Source of the DNA: an uncultured Gemmatimonadaceae bacterium
GTDB taxonomy: Bacteria; Gemmatimonadota; Gemmatimonadetes; Gemmatimonadales; Gemmatimonadaceae
NCBI GenBank assembly: GCA_963781585.1
Contig: CAWAGQ010000016.1
Location: 1-64,000, forward strand
Direction: 5' to 3'
Length of the DNA stretch: 64,000 nucleotides
Numbering within the stretch: position 1 is the stretch's first letter; each line of letters starts with the position of its first letter. This document shows positions 1 through 8,632 of the stretch, one piece after another. The position numbers and the translations under genes are program-made. The notes beneath the pieces were generated by a model. That model had not been told where the DNA came from. It ran no database searches and worked only from the letters and a program-made list of their open reading frames with translations.

Positions 1-155
1 CCCGGTAGGCCGCCAGATGCGACGGCGGAGCCGATCAGGTCGCATCGCGGGCTGCCGTGTGGCCCAACGGCCGCCTCGCCGCGATCGCCAACCCGTGCTC
101 GGAATACTCGTGCTGGGAGGGCCGCGTGCACGACAGGATTGTGGGTGCGGATCGC

Positions 156-947
156 CTAGTGGACCGAGTCCCTCGGAACGGGCGGTCGGTGCGTTTGGTC
201 GTGCAGGCGACGGATAACGTAGTCCGCCCCGCCCCGCTCCCGCACCTGCGACGGAGTCGCCTCCAGATAACGGCGGCAGGTGTTGTGAAATGCGCTTCCC
301 GACGGAAAATCCAGAGCGATCGATACCGCATCGGCACTGCGCAGCGGATCCTCCAGCAGCTGTCCGGCAACGATCAGGCGCGCCCACGTGATCAGGCGGC
401 GCGGTGGCGGGAATCCGGCCTCGGTCAAGCGCCTGGCGAGTCCGGCGCGACCGAGGGAGAGCGCCCGCGCCAGAATCTCCGAGGAGAGTCGGTCATGCGC
501 ACGCGTCACCGCCAGGAGCAGGGCGTCGCGCACCAGCGGCGGCGTGTCGGAAAAGGCCGTTCGAATGACGCCGACCACGCTCCGCGCCTCCGCCTGTAGC
601 AGCAGTTCAGCGAAGCGATCGGGCTCGTCATCGTACTCGGCGACGACAATGGCATCGATTCCCACGCGTCCGGCATCGAAGATGTCACGGACGCGGGTTG
701 GCTCGGGGACGGAGATGTACGCCACCGTAATGAGGCGCGGATAGAGTCGACGGACCTGTCGGACGGACTCCAGCACCGACTCCCCTCCGGCGAGGTCGAA
801 CACGGCCATCGTCACGGGCTGGGTGTCGCACATCCGCCGCAGCTCGATCCAGTCCGCGCACGGCGTTATTTGATGGCGTCCGCGCACCGCCGCTTGCAAA
901 TGCCGCAGCCGGTCGGTTGCAGGCAGTAGTGTGACGATTATCCCCAT
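156..947 (-). CDS. AraC-family transcriptional regulator with N-terminal receiver-like domain
   Basis: C-terminal AraC double HTH (LARALSLGRAGLARRL...RSADAVSIALDFPSGSAFHNTCRRYLEATPSQVR); N-terminal alpha/beta region resembling a degenerate REC domain; ATG at 947 preferred over 965. Confidence 0.8.
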   Translation of the reverse strand: MGIIVTLLPATDRLRHLQAAVRGRHQITPCADWIELRRMCDTQPVTMAVFDLAGGESVLESVRQVRRLYPRLITVAYISVPEPTRVRDIFDAGRVGIDAIVVAEYDDEPDRFAELLLQAEARSVVGVIRTAFSDTPPLVRDALLLAVTRAHDRLSSEILARALSLGRAGLARRLTEAGFPPPRRLITWARLIVAGQLLEDPLRSADAVSIALDFPSGSAFHNTCRRYLEATPSQVRERGGADYVIRRLHDQTHRPPVPRDSVH

Positions 948-1020
948 ACCATTTGAATGGCGCACTTATTGCGCCTCCCTGACATGACGGCCATCACCGC
1001 TTCGCGTCACGCGCCGCAGC

Positions 1021-1045
1021 GGGATTCTCACAATGTGACGATCCC
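1021..1045. promoter_or_regulatory. Imperfect inverted repeat, candidate operator between the regulator and the pilin operon
   Basis: GGGAT-TC-TCACA-A-TGTGA-CG-ATCCC in the divergent intergenic region. Confidence 0.4.
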
Positions 1046-1186
1046 CGACGGCGGCGTAACGACGGACCCGCTCCGGACCCTTAGTGTGCACACACGGTCG
1101 ATCGTCTTTACGAGGAACAACCGATCGCCCTGCTCCGCACGAGGTTCTGCCGTACGGGAACTGACGCAGTTCACAGGGGCTCACCG

Positions 1187-1798
1187 ATGATGCTTTCCGC
1201 TGCCAGTCTTTGTCGCCATCACGGATCGCGAGCCGCACGGGCGCGAGGGACGACGTCCGGGCATACGCTGATCGAGATGCTGGTGGTCGTCGTTATGCTG
1301 TCGACCATTGCCGGGATTGCGCTCCCGCGGATCGACTTCGTGGCGATGCGCCTCGACGGCAATGTCCGCACCATGCGAGGCACGTTCCAGCAGGCATGGC
1401 GCCTCGCGATCCAGAAGCAGCACGACGTCCTGGTGAGCGTTGATTCCGCCGGACGGCGGATGCGCATTCTGGAGGACGTGAACAACAACGGCGTCGCCGA
1501 CCCTGCCGAGCGGCTCACGTCGCGACCGCTGCAGGACGGCGTGGCGTTCATGGTGCCACCCACGGGTATGTATGGGCCGGTTGCGAGCTGCGTCGCGGGT
1601 GGGGGCGTTCGTCTGGTCAACACGATGCCCACCGTCACGTTCCACCGGAACGGCGCGGCGAGCGGGGACGTGCAGCTGTACATCGGCGCGATGTCTCACG
1701 GGCAGCCGGGGTATCGCGCGGTCTCCATTCTCCAGGCAACCGGACGAGCCGACTGGTACCGATTCGTAAATGGATCTTGGAAGTCAGGAGGCATGTGA
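1187..1798 (+). CDS. FimT/GspH-like minor pilin
   Basis: Class III signal G|HTLIEMLVVVVMLSTIAGIALP with Glu5; C-terminal VTFHRNG and ATGR motifs typical of FimT/GspH. Confidence 0.85.
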   Translation: MMLSAASLCRHHGSRAARARGTTSGHTLIEMLVVVVMLSTIAGIALPRIDFVAMRLDGNVRTMRGTFQQAWRLAIQKQHDVLVSVDSAGRRMRILEDVNNNGVADPAERLTSRPLQDGVAFMVPPTGMYGPVASCVAGGGVRLVNTMPTVTFHRNGAASGDVQLYIGAMSHGQPGYRAVSILQATGRADWYRFVNGSWKSGGM

Positions 1799-2220
1799 TG
1801 AAACGGCGATACCGGACCGATCGGCGTGGAGCGCGGTCCCGCGTGGGAAGCAGCCTGGTGGAGGTGGTGCTGGCCCTCACCATCCTCGCCGGCGTGATCC
1901 TCTCTGCCGGACGCTACTTCACGACCATGGCACGCAGCGTGTCGGACGACCGCATCCGCGCGCAGGCGTTGTTTCTGGTTGGCGAGCGATTCGAGGAAGT
2001 GAAGACGTCGCCCGCCTACGACAAGATCGAGGCGCTGTACCTGGGCACGGAGACCAGCCTGCAGGGATATCCCGGCTTCTCGCGCAACACGGAGGTGCGG
2101 CACATCGGCGGTACGCCCGCCGATACGATGGACTACAAGGTGATCACCGTGACGGTGACGACACCGGCAGTACCCCGCAGTGTGGTGGTCACGCAGTCGA
2201 CGGTCATCGCGGACTACTGA
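1798..2220 (+). CDS. PilV-like minor pilin
   Basis: Basic leader then G|SSLVEVVLALTILAGVIL; ATG overlaps the upstream TGA (TGATG). Confidence 0.8.
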   Translation: MKRRYRTDRRGARSRVGSSLVEVVLALTILAGVILSAGRYFTTMARSVSDDRIRAQALFLVGERFEEVKTSPAYDKIEALYLGTETSLQGYPGFSRNTEVRHIGGTPADTMDYKVITVTVTTPAVPRSVVVTQSTVIADY

Positions 2221-2224
2221 ACCA

Positions 2225-3370
2225 ATGCGCCGCCGTCTTCGGTCGCGCCACCGCGCGGGATTTACCCTGGTGGAGCTGCTGGTCTCCCTGACGCTGACCA
2301 TAGTCACCATCGGCATTGCGCTGCCCTTCTTCCTCACGCAGAGCCGGGCGCTCACGGCAACAGCGGGCCGCATGGATGCGCAGCTGAACATCAACTTCGC
2401 GCTCGACGCCATCGACCGCGACCTCCGCGTGGCCGGGGTTGGCATCGTGTCGCGCCAGCCGCTGCTGGTACAGGCCAGCAGTGACGCCATCACATTCAAC
2501 GCGGACCTGACCAGCAAGAATGCCTCCAACTACAGTGCCGTCTACTACGACCCCGATGCTCTGATCAACACGGTTGGTCTCCTGTTTCCCACCAACAAGA
2601 TCACGCTCCCGAACTCCTCGTGGCTGTATCCCGACAGCGCGTACTGGCAGAACGCGGGTGTGCCAAGCGATGCGGAGACGATTTCGTACTGGGTGGAGCC
2701 CGATCCGCAGAACAGCGGCTTCTCACGCATGATGCGACGGGTGAACAACGCGATTCCGAGCATCGTTGCGCGCGGGATCAGCCCGGTGGCGGGCGACCCC
2801 TTCTTCCGGTACTTCGAGCTGTCGTCAACCGGGGCGCTCCAGGAAATCCCGCAGGTGTCGCTCCCGCTTCGCCACGTGCCCGGGTGGCACGGCGGTCCGG
2901 CGGATACCGCGAAGATGGCACTCGTCGACAGCGTGCGGCTGGTGCGGGTGAAGCTCACCGGCGTGTTCCACGACCCGCGCAAGCCCGACGTAACGCGGAC
3001 CGAGGAGCGCACGGTGCGGATCACCAATGCGGGACTGATCCTCGCCACGACCTGCGGCCTTCCTCCGATCGCGCCGGCCGGGTTGGTTGCGACTCCGACG
3101 GGAGCGCCCTCGGTCGTGCTGACGTGGGCGGCCGCGCTCGACGAGGCGGCGGGGGAGAAGGACGTCGAGCGGTACGCGATCTACAGGCGTGCCTTCGGGG
3201 CTCCGACCTTCGACCAGCCGATCGCGAGCGTGGCCGCCGGTCTCCCGAATTACTCGTTCACGGACACGGACGTTCTCCCCGCCCAGCAGTGGGTGTACGG
3301 CATCGCAGCGCAGGATTGCACGCCGGCCGCGTCGTCGATCGTCACGTCCGCACCCGTCGTCGTTCCCTGA
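2225..3370 (+). CDS. PilW-like minor pilin with C-terminal fibronectin type III-like domain
   Basis: G|FTLVELLVSLTL; ALDAIDRDLRVAG PilW-like helix; C-terminal PAGLVAT..VVLTW..YAIYR..YSFTD..YGIAA Fn3 pattern. Confidence 0.85.
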   Translation: MRRRLRSRHRAGFTLVELLVSLTLTIVTIGIALPFFLTQSRALTATAGRMDAQLNINFALDAIDRDLRVAGVGIVSRQPLLVQASSDAITFNADLTSKNASNYSAVYYDPDALINTVGLLFPTNKITLPNSSWLYPDSAYWQNAGVPSDAETISYWVEPDPQNSGFSRMMRRVNNAIPSIVARGISPVAGDPFFRYFELSSTGALQEIPQVSLPLRHVPGWHGGPADTAKMALVDSVRLVRVKLTGVFHDPRKPDVTRTEERTVRITNAGLILATTCGLPPIAPAGLVATPTGAPSVVLTWAAALDEAAGEKDVERYAIYRRAFGAPTFDQPIASVAAGLPNYSFTDTDVLPAQQWVYGIAAQDCTPAASSIVTSAPVVVP

Positions 3371-3398
3371 CCGGGTGCACAATCTCTTCGGAGTCCCC

Positions 3399-5339
3399 AT
3401 GCCTGCCAGAACGCACCAGGGCCGCCCGAGGCGTCAGCGCCGCGACCGTCGCGGTGTCGCTCTCATCCTCACCCTCATGCTGACGTTTGCCATGGGAGCG
3501 CTGGCCATGGCCGCCATCTACCTCGGGAGCGGCTCTCACCTTGTCGGACGGATGGGCGAGCGCGAGAAGGAGCTCCGCTATGCCGCCGACGCGGCGCTGC
3601 AGGTGGGCAAGAGCCTGCTGAACAACAATCCTGGTGCTCTCCCCGACTCGGACTACGTACAGGCCGTTGCCAACGGCACGCTGATCGCCGCCAACGGCTC
3701 GCCCCTCCCGGGCGTGACGTACAACCTGTACCTCGGGCCAACCGGATCGACGACTGGCCAATTCGGCCGCTTCGCCAGCGTGGTGGCCGAAGCGAAGGGC
3801 CCGCTGGGCGCGGCGTTCGTGCGCCGGCTCGAGCTCGATCAGGAGAGCTTCGCGCGCTACGCGTACTGGACGGACAAGGAGAAGACGGCCGGCGGCGGCA
3901 CGATCTACTTCGCGAATGGCGACGTCCTCTGGGGTCCGGTCTGGTCCAACGACGTGATCAGCATCTACAGCAGCGGCGCCTCATTCAACGACGACGTCGG
4001 TACGTCGCAGGTCGTGAGCGGCGCGCAATACGGCACGTTCAAGAAAGGCTACAAGGAACACGAGACACCGATCACGCTCCCGACGATCACCTCGCTTTCC
4101 AAGCTCCCGGGGTACGCGTCCGCCGGATCATTGAACTTCGCATCGCCCACCACGGGTGGTGCGTCCACGATTCTGCTGCGTCTCGAGTTCGTCGCGGTCG
4201 ATCTCAACATGGACGGCGATTCGACGGACGTGGACGAGGGCTTCGTCCGCGTCTATCAGGCCAACGCCGGGGAATCCGCATGGCTCCGCGGCGACTGGAC
4301 GGGGAACAAGGTGACCGCCGAAAACTGCGGCGACTTCCACCATGTGATGATCGGCGGCGTTCCGGTCTGGCAGTTCTTCCCGGCCGCCGCGCACGGCACG
4401 ACGGCGCCGTACGCCTGGGCACGCACGCTCTGGGTGAACAGCGGGGACTACACGGCAGCCACCGCCACGAATCACGCGAACCTCACGGTGGCGCAGATCA
4501 TGTCGCAACCTCTGGCTGCCGGGCAGCCGGCTCCCCGCTGCTACCCGGGTGGCGACCCCCATCTCGTGGCGATCGAGCGCAATGCGATGGGCGGTGCGGC
4601 GGTGGGGCGGAGGGGCGGCGCAGACAGCACGTTCACGCCGAACGGCGCGAACGGCGCCTGGCGACAGTGGCTCGGTCCCGTCGATCCCCGTCTCGCTGCC
4701 AGACGTCCGTGGGACGCCAACTATCTCTTCCCGCTCTACCGTGGGCAGAACGCCGGCTTCAAGGGCGTCATCTACGTCAACGGCTCGGCCGGCGTGAGCG
4801 GCGTACTCCGCGGACGCATCACGCTCTATACGAAGAACACGGCCGTCATCCTCGACGACCTGCGCTACGCCACCGACCCATCCAGCGGCATCTGCGACGA
4901 CATCCTCGGCGTGATCGGCGGCGATGACATCGTGGTGGCGGATAACGCGATAAACACTCCGCAGAACGCAGGCGGATACCGGAACTTCGACGACACGAAG
5001 GACCTGTACGTTCATGGCGTCATGATGGCACTGAACGAATCGTTCACCGTTGAGAACTACAACGGCGGTCCGAACAACGCGAACGACTGCGAGACGATCA
5101 ACGACGGGCGCGGTTGCCTGTACCTCACGGGGGGACTGATCCAGGAGCGACGCGGCGCCGTGGGACTCACGTCGGGCGAGGGGTTCATCAAGCGCTACAG
5201 CTACGACCGGTGCGCGGTACAAATCCCGCCGCCGTACTTCCCCACCACCGGCCGCTTCCTCGACAACCGGTATTCGGAAATCGACCCCGCGCGCTTCGAC
5301 GTGGCCCAGCTCTTCAAGACCCTGGCCCCGCATCTGTAG
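3399..5339 (+). CDS. Large PilX-like minor pilin
   Basis: RRG|VALILTLMLTF with no Glu5 (as in PilX/GspK); YAADAAL helix; long Gly/Asp/Asn-rich extracellular region ending KRYSYDR...PPPYFP. Confidence 0.8.
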   Translation: MPARTHQGRPRRQRRDRRGVALILTLMLTFAMGALAMAAIYLGSGSHLVGRMGEREKELRYAADAALQVGKSLLNNNPGALPDSDYVQAVANGTLIAANGSPLPGVTYNLYLGPTGSTTGQFGRFASVVAEAKGPLGAAFVRRLELDQESFARYAYWTDKEKTAGGGTIYFANGDVLWGPVWSNDVISIYSSGASFNDDVGTSQVVSGAQYGTFKKGYKEHETPITLPTITSLSKLPGYASAGSLNFASPTTGGASTILLRLEFVAVDLNMDGDSTDVDEGFVRVYQANAGESAWLRGDWTGNKVTAENCGDFHHVMIGGVPVWQFFPAAAHGTTAPYAWARTLWVNSGDYTAATATNHANLTVAQIMSQPLAAGQPAPRCYPGGDPHLVAIERNAMGGAAVGRRGGADSTFTPNGANGAWRQWLGPVDPRLAARRPWDANYLFPLYRGQNAGFKGVIYVNGSAGVSGVLRGRITLYTKNTAVILDDLRYATDPSSGICDDILGVIGGDDIVVADNAINTPQNAGGYRNFDDTKDLYVHGVMMALNESFTVENYNGGPNNANDCETINDGRGCLYLTGGLIQERRGAVGLTSGEGFIKRYSYDRCAVQIPPPYFPTTGRFLDNRYSEIDPARFDVAQLFKTLAPHL

Positions 5340-5353
5340 CCGCGCCAGGAAAG

Positions 5354-6211
5354 TCAGAAGTCGAGTTGCTGCAGATACAGGAAGTCCGCCCGCGCGCTCG
5401 CCATCGGGTTCGCGGGGCCCTCCTGTTCCACGTAGCACGGCTTGCGGTCGAGATCGGGGACCATCGCGAGCAGTCGTCTGAAGTCGAGCCTGCCGGTACC
5501 GAGTTCGGTGTCGCGGCTCGAATCCGCGACAACGTCCTTCAGGTGGAAGCTCCAGTAGCGGTCGCGATGCTGCTCCAGATACACGTACGGATCGCCGCCA
5601 CCCTGCGCCATGTTGCCCACGTCGAGCTGGAGGCGCACGAGCGACGCCGCGGTGCGATCGACGAAAAGGTCGTACGGCACGACGCCGTCGATCGGCTTCA
5701 TGTGATCAGGCTCGTTGTGGAATGCCAGCCAGACGTTGGCCCGGCGCGCCGCTTCGCCGGCCCGGTTGAAGCGGTCCGCCCAGGAACGCCAGGCATCCAG
5801 TGAGTGCTGGGTCTCGGCCGGCAGGCTGGGAACGATGAGGTACTGGTGTCCCAGCGTGTTCGCCGTCCGCAGCGAGGCATCCCAATCGCGCTCGATCGTT
5901 TCCGGCGCGATATGGGCCGATGGCGCGCGGAGTCCCTCGCGCTCGAGCGCTGCTTTCACCTGGCTGGTGGTACGGCCAAAGTTATCGAACGACCAGAGTA
6001 GTTCGACGTCGAGGTATCCCATCGCGCGGACCGCGGCCAGCGTGGCGTCGGGATCACGGCGCATGGCGTCGCGCACCGTGTAAAGCTCGAGACCGATCCG
6101 GGACAGTCGACGCGCGTGGGCGGAAGGCCGCGGCGGTTCTGCTCCCGGAGCGAAGCGGGCGGCGAGTACGGCGCCTGCCGCGTGCTGCAGGAAATCCCGG
6201 CGCGTGATCAC
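5354..6211 (-). CDS. Tat-exported sugar phosphate isomerase/epimerase (xylose isomerase-like TIM barrel)
   Basis: TRRDFL twin-arginine signal; GLELYTVR, FHNE, QLDVG, HLKD, ELGTG, VEQE motifs. Confidence 0.88.
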   Translation of the reverse strand: MITRRDFLQHAAGAVLAARFAPGAEPPRPSAHARRLSRIGLELYTVRDAMRRDPDATLAAVRAMGYLDVELLWSFDNFGRTTSQVKAALEREGLRAPSAHIAPETIERDWDASLRTANTLGHQYLIVPSLPAETQHSLDAWRSWADRFNRAGEAARRANVWLAFHNEPDHMKPIDGVVPYDLFVDRTAASLVRLQLDVGNMAQGGGDPYVYLEQHRDRYWSFHLKDVVADSSRDTELGTGRLDFRRLLAMVPDLDRKPCYVEQEGPANPMASARADFLYLQQLDF

Positions 6212-6237
6212 GGCACGGAGGCGGCTGCCGGGTTCGG

Positions 6238-6648
6238 CTAGTGGAACTTGGACTTCTCGTGGCCCCATGGCATCCGCGATTTCACCGCATTCAGCACGCT
6301 GGCCTGGTTGGGGTTCTTCGCAATGATGTCGTCGAGCAGCCGCCGCGCGGGATCGTCGCCGATGACGGTGGGCTCGGCGGAGAACCGTTTGCCGAATCCC
6401 ATGTGGCTCGGCGCGTCGATCAGCAGCTCGTTCTCGAGGACGATATCCGCCTGGTCGTCCATGACCCGCACGGCGACAAAGCGCTTGCCGGCCTTCTCCA
6501 TGTAGCCGATGCGCAACCCGTCCGCGTCATCGGGCCACTCGCCCAGCACCCGATCCGTGCCGTCGGATCCCTTGAAGGCGCGGGCGCCGGGCTTGAGCGT
6601 GGCAAAGTTGGTCTCGAAGCCGCCGTGGTACATCAGTGCGTGTGGCAT
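6238..6648 (-). CDS. Hypothetical protein (136 aa)
   Basis: Strong GC3 codon bias and globular composition from MPHALMYHGG; the upstream ORF extension overlaps the predicted 6S RNA. Confidence 0.75.
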   Translation of the reverse strand: MPHALMYHGGFETNFATLKPGARAFKGSDGTDRVLGEWPDDADGLRIGYMEKAGKRFVAVRVMDDQADIVLENELLIDAPSHMGFGKRFSAEPTVIGDDPARRLLDDIIAKNPNQASVLNAVKSRMPWGHEKSKFH

Positions 6649-6651
6649 GGT

Positions 6652-6828
6652 CGCGGACGAAAACGGAGGGGGTATGGTTGGGACCCAATCGAGGCCCGCA
6701 GGGGAGCCTAATCTGCTCCAGCGGCCGCGATGAAGCGAGGGCACGCCGGGTGCTGAACCTTCGCGTGGTCTGGAGTCCTTCCCTCCGCAGCCGCATACTC
6801 CCGGGCCTCCGCCGGCGGCGTCCGGCGC
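6652..6828 (+). ncRNA. ssrS: 6S RNA (probable)
   Basis: About 175-nt rod-like fold: CGGACG/CGTCCG, CGGAGG/CCTCCG, GGGGTATG/CATACTCC, GTTG-GGA/TCC-GCAGC; G-U pairs favour the + strand; 6S-like blocks GGGAGCC, GGGCAC, TGAACC and GCAGCCGCAT in the expected order; ends approximate. Confidence 0.75.
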
Positions 6829-6865
6829 GCCGGCCAATCGCCCTCCCGCTCCCGAGACGAGATCC

Positions 6866-8626
6866 GTGTCCGATCCCGCGCCGCAAAAGCCGCCGCACAT
6901 CCGCGAATTCACGCCGCGCTCCGTTGCGGTAGGGCTTTTCGTCGCCCTCCTGATCGGGGCCTCCTATCCGTACGTCGTTCTCAAGTTCGGATTTGGTCCG
7001 AACATCTCCGTCGTCTCGGCGTTCTTCGGCTTTCTGGCGCTCGGTTTGTTCTCGAGGAGCTACAACCGGTGGGAGAACAACATCGTGCAGACGGCCGGTA
7101 CCACCGCCGGCCAGATCGCGTTTCTCTGCTGGCTGCTCGCCGCGTTCGACATGCTGGCCGCCGAACCGGGGAGTGGATTCGACGTGCACCTCACGCGCAC
7201 GCAGACGTTCTTCTGGCTGTCGGCTGCCGGCCTGCTCGGGGTCTTTCTCGCGGTGCCGCTGCGGAAGCACTTCATCGAGGACGAGGACCTCCCGTTCCCC
7301 GACGGCATCGCGGCCGGCGAAACGCTCATCATGCTCGACTCGCACGGCCCGCAGGCGCGGCGGTCTGCCTACGCCATGGTCGGCGCGCTGGTGCTGTCGG
7401 GGTTGACCTTCTTCGCGACCCAGGTGCGCTGGGTGGTGGACTCGCTGCCGGTCGCGGTGAACGCCTTCTCGGCACGCATGGGCATCGGCTTCGGCATCTC
7501 GTTCCTCAACGTGGGGTCGGGGATCATCATCGGCATGCGCATCAGTGCCAGCATGCTGATCGGCGGGATCATCGGATGGATTCTGGCGCCGCCCTGGCTG
7601 CGGAGTCACGGCTACCTTGGCGCCAATGCCAGCCGCGTGGACGTGCTGTTGCTGACCATGTGGCCGGCGACGGGTATGCTCATCGCCGGCGGCATGTCGG
7701 CGCTGTTGCTGCGATGGCGCGTGGTGCTGAAGACGTTTCGCGGGCTCGCCGCGGGCGGCAGCAGCGGCGACCTGCCGCTGCGCTGGGTGTGGATCGGCGG
7801 CGGCATCGCAACGGCCTTCCTGATCGCGGTGCAGCGCCTGTTCTTTCGGACGCCGGTCTGGCACTCGCTAATCGCGATAGCGCTCTCGGTCCCGCTGGGG
7901 CTCGTGGCGCTCCGCGTGCTGGGCGAGACGAACTGGGGACCCATCAGCACGATGACGAATCTCATGCAGGCGGTCTTTGGCGCCATCGCGCCGGGCGACC
8001 TGCGTGCGAGCATGGTGTCGAGTGGCATCACCGGCGCGGTGGCGGCGGAGTCGGAGGGGCTGATGCAGGACTTCCGCGCCGGACAGATGATCAATTCTAC
8101 GCCGCGCATCCTGACCTACATGCAACTCCTCGCCGTGCCATTCGGTGCCCTGGCGCTGGCGCTGATGTATCCTCTGCTTCGCGACACCTACGGCATCATC
8201 GGTGAGCACGCGCAGTTGCTCAGCCCGACGTCGCAGCGCTGGGTGGGCTTCGCGAAGGTGGTGACGCAGGAGCTGTCCGGCGCAGCGCCGCTCACTGCCG
8301 AGGCCGCGGCGCGGCTGTCGTGGATGAAGCTGTCGTTCGTCGGCGGCGCGGTGGTGGGCGTGGTACTCACACTGCTCGAGATGCGGAAGTCGTGGCGCGT
8401 GCTGATCCCATCACCCACGGGGATGGGCATCGCGATGCTGATCCCGTTCAGCGCGGTCACGATGATTTTCGCTGGCGCGGCCGTCGACTCCGTATGGGCG
8501 AAGGCCTCGCCCGAGAACCACCGGCGCTATTCGATCCCGGTGGCGTCGGGACTCATCGCGGGCGAGGCGCTGGTCGCGGTGATCATTCCGTTGCTGGTCA
8601 CGGCGGGGCTGATGCGGCTGCCGTGA
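6866..8626 (+). CDS. OPT/YSL-family oligopeptide transporter
   Basis: EFTPRS, LKFG, ENNIVQT, LPFPDG, GETNWGP, LMQDFRAG and ASGLIAGE motifs; many TM helices. Confidence 0.93.
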   Translation: MSDPAPQKPPHIREFTPRSVAVGLFVALLIGASYPYVVLKFGFGPNISVVSAFFGFLALGLFSRSYNRWENNIVQTAGTTAGQIAFLCWLLAAFDMLAAEPGSGFDVHLTRTQTFFWLSAAGLLGVFLAVPLRKHFIEDEDLPFPDGIAAGETLIMLDSHGPQARRSAYAMVGALVLSGLTFFATQVRWVVDSLPVAVNAFSARMGIGFGISFLNVGSGIIIGMRISASMLIGGIIGWILAPPWLRSHGYLGANASRVDVLLLTMWPATGMLIAGGMSALLLRWRVVLKTFRGLAAGGSSGDLPLRWVWIGGGIATAFLIAVQRLFFRTPVWHSLIAIALSVPLGLVALRVLGETNWGPISTMTNLMQAVFGAIAPGDLRASMVSSGITGAVAAESEGLMQDFRAGQMINSTPRILTYMQLLAVPFGALALALMYPLLRDTYGIIGEHAQLLSPTSQRWVGFAKVVTQELSGAAPLTAEAAARLSWMKLSFVGGAVVGVVLTLLEMRKSWRVLIPSPTGMGIAMLIPFSAVTMIFAGAAVDSVWAKASPENHRRYSIPVASGLIAGEALVAVIIPLLVTAGLMRLP

Positions 8627-8632
8627 GTGCGA

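Noticed and set aside
1..155. Partial CDS at the left edge
   Set aside because: Too short to assign a frame or product
1140..1190. c-di-GMP-I riboswitch upstream of the pilins (GGGGCTCACCGATG resembles its 3' end)
   Set aside because: GGCAAA, GNRA loop and GACGCAAAG core are absent
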